A stretch of DNA of 32,000 nucleotides, taken from the NCBI RefSeq assembly GCF_000010065.1, contig NC_006576.1, positions 1,860,001 through 1,892,000 of the forward strand, in the 5' to 3' direction. This document shows, piece by piece, positions 17,781-24,517 of this stretch. The stretch is from Synechococcus elongatus PCC 6301. Lineage in GTDB: Bacteria; Cyanobacteriota; Cyanobacteriia; Synechococcales; Synechococcaceae. The notes below the pieces were generated by a model. That model was not told where the DNA came from, did not search any database, and was given only the letters and a program-made list of their open reading frames with translations. Position 1 is the stretch's first letter. The number at the start of each line of letters is the position of its first letter. The position numbers were made by a program, and so were the translations under genes.

Positions 17781-18575
17781 ATGGGCATTCATCCCACCGC
17801 AGTTATTGATCCCCAAGCCAAGCTGGGTCAGGACGTTGAAATTGGTCCCTATGCGGTGGTGCAGGGCCCTGTCGAAGTGGGCGATCGCTGTTGGCTGGGT
17901 CCCCACTCGGTGGTAATGGGCAACCTGCAGCTCGGGACTGACTGCCGAGTTCACAGTGGTGCTGTTCTGGGCGATTGGCCGCAGGATTTATCCTTTCAGG
18001 GAGCGGAAAGTCATGTGGTGATCGGCGATCGCAATGTCTTTCGAGAAGGGGTCACAGTTCACCGCGGTACGAAAGAGGGTAGTGTCACCACGATTGGCAA
18101 TGATTGCCTGCTGATGGCCAACAGCCATGTTGCCCACAATGCCAGCCTAGGCAATAACGTGATTTTGGCGAACGGGGCATTGATTGCAGGCTATGCCCAA
18201 GTCGGCGATCGCGCCTTTATTAGCGGCAACTGTCTTGTTCATCAATTCACTCGCGTCGGGCGTTTGGCGATGATGAGTGGCGGCTCAGCTGTCCAGAAAG
18301 ACCTGCCGCCCTTCTGTATGACCCGCAGCTCCACCAGCAACATTGTTATGGGCCTGAATGTGGTTGGTTTACGGCGGGCGGGTGTCTCCGATCGCGATCG
18401 CCTTGAACTGAAGCGAGCCTTTAGCATCCTCTACCGTGAGCGGCTGTCCTTTTCAGAAGCGATCGCTCGCCTCTCGGCGGACTTTCATTCACCACTGGTG
18501 ACAGAATTACAGGCTTTCGTCAGCAGCTCAGAACGGGGAATCTGCCGCTTCCTGCGATCGGATCTGGATGCCTAG
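17781..18575 (+). CDS. lpxA: Acyl-ACP--UDP-N-acetylglucosamine O-acyltransferase homolog (left-handed beta-helix)
   Basis: It aligns by eye along its full length with E. coli LpxA (IGDRNVFREGVTVHRGT; LLMANSHVAHN; LVHQF; DLPPF). ATG at 17781. No lpxC, fabZ or lpxB lies nearby. Confidence 0.88.
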   Translation: MGIHPTAVIDPQAKLGQDVEIGPYAVVQGPVEVGDRCWLGPHSVVMGNLQLGTDCRVHSGAVLGDWPQDLSFQGAESHVVIGDRNVFREGVTVHRGTKEGSVTTIGNDCLLMANSHVAHNASLGNNVILANGALIAGYAQVGDRAFISGNCLVHQFTRVGRLAMMSGGSAVQKDLPPFCMTRSSTSNIVMGLNVVGLRRAGVSDRDRLELKRAFSILYRERLSFSEAIARLSADFHSPLVTELQAFVSSSERGICRFLRSDLDA

Positions 18576-18585
18576 GCCTCAGTCG

Positions 18586-18795
18586 TCAGCGTCCTTCTTT
18601 GGCTTGGCGAATCATTTCGATCAGCATGCCTGAACCCGCTCCCAACAGGCCCCAGAAGTAGGGCATGTAGGATACAAGCTGACGATAGGCGCTGGAAGCA
18701 TAGACCTCAAATTCTACGGAAGACAGCGTCTTCCCGAAGATGTAGCCACAGATGCCGCAGAGCATTCCAGAGTAAAGGACCGAACTCCAGCGCAT
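18586..18795 (-). CDS. Small (69 aa) predicted two-TM membrane protein, coupled to the RND pump gene
   Basis: The ATG at 18795 is preceded by GGGAG 8 nt upstream and lies 20 nt after the RND stop. There are two hydrophobic segments (VLYSGMLCGICGYIFG and YFWGLLGAGSGMLIEMI). I recognise no family. Confidence 0.55.
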   Translation of the reverse strand: MRWSSVLYSGMLCGICGYIFGKTLSSVEFEVYASSAYRQLVSYMPYFWGLLGAGSGMLIEMIRQAKEGR

Positions 18796-18815
18796 CAGCT
18801 CACTCCCAATTGCTA

Positions 18816-21800
18816 CTAAGAGGTCAATTCAGGCTGACCAGTCTCCGGGTCATGCCGCTTCTTGCTAAAGAAACGTCGGGTGATCGACTTCAGAATCACA
18901 TAGTTCGCCGGCACGATCAGCAAGCTGAGAACTGTTGCAACCAAGAGCCCACCAAAGACGACGGTCCCCAGCGACCAACGACTAGCGGCGCCTGCCCCCT
19001 GGGCAATGACCAAGGGAAAGAAGCCAATCAAGCTGGAAATAGCTGTCATTACAATCGGGCGGAACCGTAGCTTCGCCGCTTCCAGCGCCGCTTCGGTATA
19101 GCCCATACCCTTGGCAACCGCCTCATTGGCGTAGTCAACAATCAAAATCGCGTTCTTAGAAGCCAAGCCAATCAGCATCACCAAGCCGACCTGAGCATAG
19201 ACGTCCAAGGGGATGCCCCGCAGGTTGAGGAAGACGAGGGCGCCCAAGATTGCCAAGGGAACGGTCAGCAGAATGATCAGTGGGTCGACGTAGCTCTCGT
19301 AGAGCGCCGCCAAGACGAGGAAGACGACCACCACCCCAAGGCCAAAGATCAGGGGTGCCAACGTTCCTGCAGAGACTTCTTCGCGGGCCAGACCAACCAG
19401 GCCGTTTCCAAACCGCTGGAAGTTTGCTTTCTGGAAGGCATCTTTCAGACCTTCAATGACCTGACCGGTACTGGTGCCGGGAGCCGCAAAGCTATCGACT
19501 TCGATCGAACGGAAAAGGTTGTAGTGAGTGATGTACAGTGGCCCAACCTGCTGCCGAATCGTCAGAAATTCAGAGAGGGGAACTGTGGCTCCATCTCGCG
19601 ACTTCACATAAATCTGAGTCAGGGCTTGAGGTGTTGCTCGGAAGCCGTTATCCGCTTGGATATAGACCTGATAGGAGCGGCCGAACTGGGTGATCTGGTT
19701 GACATACTGACCGCCCATGTAGCTGCCCAAGGTCTGGAGCGCTTCACCGAAGTCGATGTTGAGGGCTGCCAGTCTGTCGCGATCGACGTCAATTTCGATC
19801 TGGGGCGAGTTGGCCGTGAAGGGTGTAAAGGTTTGGCGGGTGATCGGATTCTCGCGAGCGAGTCCAATGATTTTGTTGACAGACTCTAAAAACTGGCTGA
19901 CAGAGAGCGCGCCGCCCGTTTGGTCTGTGATGAGGAACTGCACCCCGCCGTAGGCTGCAAAGCCGGGAATTGCAGGTGGCAACAGAGTCCGAACTTGAGC
20001 TTCAGAAATCCCTTCAAATAACTTTTGGTTGATTCGACCCACGATCGCTTCTGCAGATTGATCGGCAGCCTTGCGCTCATCCCAGGGCTTGAGCGATGCG
20101 AAATAGATTCCGAGGTTATTGCCCTGTCCAATGAAGCTAAAGCCGCTGATCACAGCCGTTGAGGTGACAGAAGGCTCAGTCTCCAGAATGCTTTGAATTT
20201 TTTGGCCGACTTTCTGGGTGTAGTTAAGGGGGGCTCCTTCGGGGCCAATGATCAAACCGAGGAAGTAACCCTGGTCTTCTGTGGGAACAAAGCCGGTGGG
20301 GGTTGTCGTAAACAACCATCCCGTCAGGGCCAGACCAGCGGCGAATAGGCCGATGACCAGAAATTTGAGGCGATCGATAATAGCCAAGGCTTTGGAGTAA
20401 CCGATTCGCACCCGATCAAAGCCTGCATTGAATAGGTTGAAAAACTTACCCAACCAACCCTGCTGCTGTTTGGCCGGCCGGAGCAGCAAAGCGCTCATCG
20501 CGGGCGAGAAGGTCAGGGCGTTGAAGGTTGAAATCAGGATCGTAAACGTGAGCGTCAGTGCGAACTGCTGATAGATCCGTCCAGTTGCCCCCGGGAAAAA
20601 AGCCACAGGAATGAAGACAGCAAACAGAACGACTGACGTGGCAATGACGGCACCAAAGAGGATATCCATGGCCTCAATGGAGGCCTGCAACGGTGTTTTG
20701 CCCTCTTCTATTTTTTCTGTGATTGCTTCAACCACCACGATCGCGTCGTCCACCACCAAGCCCGTGGCCAACACCAAGCCAAAGAGGGTCAGCAAGTTGA
20801 TCGAAAACCCAAAGGCTTGAATAAAAGCCAAGGTACCAACCAGCGAGACAGGAATTGCGATCGCTGGAATGAGCGTGGTGCGCCAGTCTTGCAAAAAGAT
20901 AAAGATGACGAGAATAACCAGTGCGATCGCCTGAACCAGGGTGATCAGCACTTCCGACAGTGAAGCGTTAACGAAGTCAGTGACGTCGAAGACTAGCTTC
21001 CCTTCCAAGCCTGGTGGGAACTGCTGCTCTAGAATGGCAAGCTGCTCACGAATGCCGTTGGCGACATCAATAGCGTTACTGCCTGGCAGCTGATAAATAC
21101 CGAGACCGACGCCCGGGCGACCATCTGCAGCCAGAGTCACGGAATAGCTTTGGGCACCTTCCTCGGCTCGACCGACATCCTTGACTCGAACGAGAGTGCC
21201 GTCCTCACCGGTTTTTAAAACGACGTTATTGAATTGCTCAACCGTAGAGAGTTGCCCTTGCCCCTGCAGTCGCAAAATGAATGTGTAAGCCTGATCGCTA
21301 TTGACTGGCGGACCGCCAACTTGCCCAACCGGAATGATTTGGTTTTGGCTCTGTAAAGCACTGGCGACATCTTCTGCGGTCAAGCCATAGCTCGCCAAGC
21401 GATTTGGGTCGAGCCAGAGTCGCATAGAGTACTCTAAGTTACCAAACAGGTTTGCTTGACCAACCCCTTTTACACGGGCGAGTGCTGGCTGAACATAGAG
21501 ACTGAGATAGTTACTAATAAACTGGGCATCAAATTCGCCTGTAGGCGAAGAAAACGTATAGAACTGGAGAATTGAAGGGGATGACTGCGTGACTGCAATC
21601 CCCTGCTGTTGTACTGCTTGGGGCAGTTGTGGGATCGCAACACTGACTAAGTTATTAACGTCGACCTGAGCGAGGTCAGGCGATCGCGTCGGATCAAAAT
21701 AGACTTGGATGGAGCTTTGACCGATCGCACTCGTTGAGGTGATGTATTCCATCCCCTCAACCCCGTTGATTTGGTTCTCAAGGATTGAAGTGACAGTGTT

Positions 21801-21986
21801 TTCAACTGTTTCAGCATCGGCCCCAACATAGGTTGCTGAGACTTGGATTTGGGGTGGGGCAATATCTGGGAGTTGCTCAATAGGCAAAATGGGTAAGCAA
21901 ACAAGGCCGCCCAGAGTAATCAGAATCGAGCAGACCGTTGTTAACACTGGCCGCTTGATAAAGATATTTGCGATCGAAAGCAACAT
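18816..21986 (-). CDS. RND efflux transporter permease (AcrB/HAE1-like inner-membrane subunit)
   Basis: 1056 aa with an AcrB-type N-terminus (IKRPVLTTVCSILITLGGL...LPIEQLPDIAPPQIQV). The 12-TM / two large periplasmic loop architecture is evident from the hydrophobicity pattern. Confidence 0.95.
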   Translation of the reverse strand: MLLSIANIFIKRPVLTTVCSILITLGGLVCLPILPIEQLPDIAPPQIQVSATYVGADAETVENTVTSILENQINGVEGMEYITSTSAIGQSSIQVYFDPTRSPDLAQVDVNNLVSVAIPQLPQAVQQQGIAVTQSSPSILQFYTFSSPTGEFDAQFISNYLSLYVQPALARVKGVGQANLFGNLEYSMRLWLDPNRLASYGLTAEDVASALQSQNQIIPVGQVGGPPVNSDQAYTFILRLQGQGQLSTVEQFNNVVLKTGEDGTLVRVKDVGRAEEGAQSYSVTLAADGRPGVGLGIYQLPGSNAIDVANGIREQLAILEQQFPPGLEGKLVFDVTDFVNASLSEVLITLVQAIALVILVIFIFLQDWRTTLIPAIAIPVSLVGTLAFIQAFGFSINLLTLFGLVLATGLVVDDAIVVVEAITEKIEEGKTPLQASIEAMDILFGAVIATSVVLFAVFIPVAFFPGATGRIYQQFALTLTFTILISTFNALTFSPAMSALLLRPAKQQQGWLGKFFNLFNAGFDRVRIGYSKALAIIDRLKFLVIGLFAAGLALTGWLFTTTPTGFVPTEDQGYFLGLIIGPEGAPLNYTQKVGQKIQSILETEPSVTSTAVISGFSFIGQGNNLGIYFASLKPWDERKAADQSAEAIVGRINQKLFEGISEAQVRTLLPPAIPGFAAYGGVQFLITDQTGGALSVSQFLESVNKIIGLARENPITRQTFTPFTANSPQIEIDVDRDRLAALNIDFGEALQTLGSYMGGQYVNQITQFGRSYQVYIQADNGFRATPQALTQIYVKSRDGATVPLSEFLTIRQQVGPLYITHYNLFRSIEVDSFAAPGTSTGQVIEGLKDAFQKANFQRFGNGLVGLAREEVSAGTLAPLIFGLGVVVVFLVLAALYESYVDPLIILLTVPLAILGALVFLNLRGIPLDVYAQVGLVMLIGLASKNAILIVDYANEAVAKGMGYTEAALEAAKLRFRPIVMTAISSLIGFFPLVIAQGAGAASRWSLGTVVFGGLLVATVLSLLIVPANYVILKSITRRFFSKKRHDPETGQPELTS

Positions 21987-22006
21987 GATCGTGTCCTAGG
22001 GCAGTG

Positions 22007-23137
22007 TTAGCGAGAAGCGTTGGGCGTTTGAGGTTTAACAGTTGCCTTATCTGTCAGGCTGAGCAGGTTGGTCGTAGCGACAGTTTCGCCCGGCTTTAGT
22101 CCTGAGCGAATTTGATAGCGATTATTGAAAATGGAACCCAGCTCAACCTTTTGTTGTCGAACCTGAAATTGATCAGGGCTGTTGGGCTTAGGCTCTACAA
22201 CATAGACAAAGTTGGCACCGGCTAAGGGAGTGACTGCTTGAGTCGGCACCAAAACAGCCTCCTTGCGGTCCCAAACAATCTCGGATTGAACGATTTGACC
22301 GTTACGGATTAAGCCATCAGCATTGGGAACAACAACTTTCACTAAGACCGTTTGTAAGTTTTGCTGCACAACCGGGGAGACAAAGTCGACAGCTCCAGTT
22401 GCCAGAATATTCTTGGAAAATGGGTCTAAAAGCTTGACTGGTTGACCCTTGCGAAGCTGTGGAATGCGAACCGTTGGAACTGGAATATTAATGAACAGCT
22501 GATTGTTGCGGGTGATCGTTGTCAGCTCTGCCCCAGTGTCGACAAAGTCACCGATTTTGAGCCGGATATCGCCGACCAACCCATTGATCGGGGCCCGCAC
22601 AGTTTTGTACTGGACATTAACCGATTTGGCGACTGCATTCTGTTGCGCTGCTTTAAGCTGCGCTTGAGCTGTCTGGAGCTCTCGTCGAGCGTTATCTAGG
22701 TTCTGTAGGGGAACGACCCCTTGATCCGCCAGAAACTTTTGCCGCTCAAAAGTAATCTTGGCATCTCGAAGTTGGGCTTCTTGACGAGCGACCTCTGCAT
22801 TGGCAGCTGCCACATCTGCTTCAACTTGCTCCGAGTCCAGCACAAACATCGGCTGACCGACCGACACAATTTGTCCAGGCTGCACAGCCACACTGACAAT
22901 TCGGCCCTGAATTTGAGGACGCAGGATAGTTTGCTCCGTCGCTTCTAGAGCCCCCAAGTACTCGGTCAGGTCATTGACTGTCTCGACGGTGGCCTTGGTG
23001 ACGTCGACCGGTAGCGCTGGTGGCCCTTGAAAGGCTGCGGGTTGCCGACCTTGGCAGCTGGCAACGCCCATCAGCACGACGCTGGCGACCCCCCAGCCCG
23101 TCAAACGCTGGAGACGATGGGTTCTGGGTACAGCCAT
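22007..23137 (-). CDS. RND efflux periplasmic adaptor (membrane fusion protein, lipoprotein)
   Basis: 376 aa with a signal peptide and lipobox (VLMGVASC). It has a coiled-coil hairpin (EADVAAANAEVARQEAQLRDAKITFERQKFL...AQAQLKAAQQ) and biotinyl-lipoyl/beta-barrel-like flanks. It lies 20 nt upstream of the RND gene. Confidence 0.9.
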   Translation of the reverse strand: MAVPRTHRLQRLTGWGVASVVLMGVASCQGRQPAAFQGPPALPVDVTKATVETVNDLTEYLGALEATEQTILRPQIQGRIVSVAVQPGQIVSVGQPMFVLDSEQVEADVAAANAEVARQEAQLRDAKITFERQKFLADQGVVPLQNLDNARRELQTAQAQLKAAQQNAVAKSVNVQYKTVRAPINGLVGDIRLKIGDFVDTGAELTTITRNNQLFINIPVPTVRIPQLRKGQPVKLLDPFSKNILATGAVDFVSPVVQQNLQTVLVKVVVPNADGLIRNGQIVQSEIVWDRKEAVLVPTQAVTPLAGANFVYVVEPKPNSPDQFQVRQQKVELGSIFNNRYQIRSGLKPGETVATTNLLSLTDKATVKPQTPNASR

Positions 23138-23460
23138 GACTCACTCTTTAGGTTGCACAACAGGAGCGGTGCCATCACTGTAGCCAAGCCAACTGCGGAC
23201 TTCCAGTTGCTTACACCGATTCTGATGGATTCTAGCAGTCAGAAATCGTCTGATCCGTAGACTGCACATGGGTTGTAGATTTTGTGTGCTGCGATCGCAG
23301 ATCCCATCACTGTTCCAGACGGATCAGCCAGAGAGATAAGTTTTCAATCTCTGGGTTTCACTGTGATCGAGAACACCTGATAGGAATGTCGGTTGCTTTT
23401 AGGAGATACGACAAAGTCGCTTCACAATTCTCCCGAAAGAGAAGTTTTGATCTACGCTTA

Positions 23461-23535
23461 GGGCGAACGAGGGGACTCGAACCCCCGAATGGCGGAACCA
23501 CAATCCGCTGCCTTAACCACTTGGCTACGCTCGCC
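23461..23535 (-). tRNA. trnH: tRNA-His (anticodon GUG) with a genomically encoded G-1
   Basis: The reverse complement is GGCGAGCGUAGCCAAGUGGUUAAGGCAGCGGAUUGUGGUUCCGCCAUUCGGGGGUUCGAGUCCCCUCGUUCGCCC. It folds as a cloverleaf with anticodon loop UUGUGGU and T-loop UUCGAGU. The extra 5' G pairs with C73, as is typical of bacterial tRNA-His. CCA is not fully encoded. Confidence 0.92.
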
Positions 23536-23572
23536 ATCGATTGATGATTCTAGCACTTTACCGTGAGGAATA

Positions 23573-24076
23573 ATGCGCGGCAAGCTCCTAAAACCGCCAT
23601 CGGCCCCAGTCGTTTCATCCCAGTGTTCCTGCTGGCGATGTGCTTGGTGGTTGGCTGGGAGCTCCGTAGCTCTGGGTGCGATCGCCTTGGCCTTGACCAA
23701 TCCCTCGTCTAGTCAGTACGGGCAATTTGCGGCGGCAACGAGTCAGAAGCTTGTTCAGCAAGAGATTTGTGCCCGCTTAGAGCCCCTCAATCTGCAACGT
23801 CTACAGCAACTTTGCAATCGCATGGGGCAGCAAGCTGGGTCCCAAATGGAAGAGTGGGTGTTGCAATCCAGCGATCGCCAGAACTTTGGCTTGCTGAGCC
23901 TCTATGAGACTCGCCTGTCAGTGCGATCGCTGCTCCAGACTTCTGACGTGCCCGACTGGAGCTTAGAGCTGAAGAGTGTGGGTGCTCTCTCTGGCTTTAG
24001 CCTATTGCAAGTTAATTGGAAAACTGATCCTGAAGTGAGGGCTGATCCCGCCTCGGAGGGCGAGCTAAGACAGTAG
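23573..24076 (+). CDS. Hypothetical membrane-anchored protein (167 aa; possibly a cyanobacterial DUF family, not confidently recognised)
   Basis: The ATG is preceded by GAGGAA. There is one N-terminal hydrophobic helix (WWLAGSSVALGAIALAL) and then a soluble Gln/Leu-rich domain. HIP1 content is normal. Confidence 0.6.
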   Translation: MRGKLLKPPSAPVVSSQCSCWRCAWWLAGSSVALGAIALALTNPSSSQYGQFAAATSQKLVQQEICARLEPLNLQRLQQLCNRMGQQAGSQMEEWVLQSSDRQNFGLLSLYETRLSVRSLLQTSDVPDWSLELKSVGALSGFSLLQVNWKTDPEVRADPASEGELRQ

Positions 24077-24147
24077 CGCACTCTCGATGGCGAGATAGCT
24101 GCTGCGGAGAGTGTTAGTTACGTCAATGCTAAGAGCATTCAGTGGGT

Positions 24148-24426
24148 ATGTCGTCTGAGCAAGTCCTACGGTTTTTGGAAGACGCTGCGATTTCCAAAGA
24201 ACTTCGCGATAAGTTTGCTGCTGTCAGCGATGTCAGTGACTTCTTGCTAGTTGCTCAGCGATCGGGGTATACCTTCACCAGCGAAGAGTTTATCCACACG
24301 ATCACCGAACTCAGCCACGCAACCCCTGTGCGTCGCCCGACTGGCGTTTGGCGCTGGCTACGCACGATTCCCAATCCTATGGAACTTGAGCGACAACGTC
24401 GGGCTCAAGAATCGGCTGCTGAGTAG
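24148..24426 (+). CDS. Nif11-domain small protein (92 aa) with a Trp/Arg-containing C-terminal tail
   Basis: The N-terminal ~50 aa (MSSEQVLRFLEDAAISKELRDKFAAVSDVSDFLLVAQRSGYTFTSEEF) match the Nif11 / Nif11-like leader pattern. Compare MSEEQLKAFLEKVK.D..LQEKLKAA.....V.IAKEAGF.FT.EEL. The ATG at 24148 is preferred to the GTG at 24142. Confidence 0.7.
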   Translation: MSSEQVLRFLEDAAISKELRDKFAAVSDVSDFLLVAQRSGYTFTSEEFIHTITELSHATPVRRPTGVWRWLRTIPNPMELERQRRAQESAAE

Positions 24427-24479
24427 CACGATGGTTAGGGAATCGTCATTCCTCCACTAGCGATCGCGCCGTGAGTGCT

Positions 24480-24499
24480 GGGGATCAGCGGTGATCCCC
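24480..24499. terminator. Perfect 8-bp stem / 4-nt loop hairpin between the convergent Nif11-like and prfC genes
   Basis: GGGGATCA-gcgg-TGATCCCC read directly from the sequence. It lies in the 91-bp convergent gap. Neither strand has a strong U-tract, so the terminator function is tentative. Confidence 0.4.
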
Positions 24500-24517
24500 T
24501 CATCCTTTAGGCAGTCC

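Noticed and set aside
18576-18620. Search for a direct repeat of the tRNA-His 3' end (att-like site) at the far boundary of the low-GC efflux operon
   Set aside because: I found no match to the tRNA 3' segment (GGGCGAACGAGGGGACTCGAACCCCC in the plus orientation). There is also no integrase gene. The island hypothesis therefore rests on composition and position only.
23141-23269. 42-codon upstream ORF ending 3 nt before the adaptor-protein ATG, in the same frame
   Set aside because: The peptide is Arg/Cys-rich (MCSLRIRRFLTARIHQNRCKQ...) and has no ribosome-binding site. It is most simply the non-coding in-frame extension of the adaptor ORF. It would need ribosome profiling to be revived.
23284-23544. 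86-aa plus-strand ORF
   Set aside because: It runs through the tRNA-His gene on the opposite strand and the non-coding leader. The composition is not protein-like.
24148-24426. Calling the Nif11-domain protein a lanthipeptide (prochlorosin-like) precursor
   Set aside because: The tail has no Cys, there is no GG/GA cleavage motif, and no LanM or transporter gene is nearby. Only the leader-like domain is supported.
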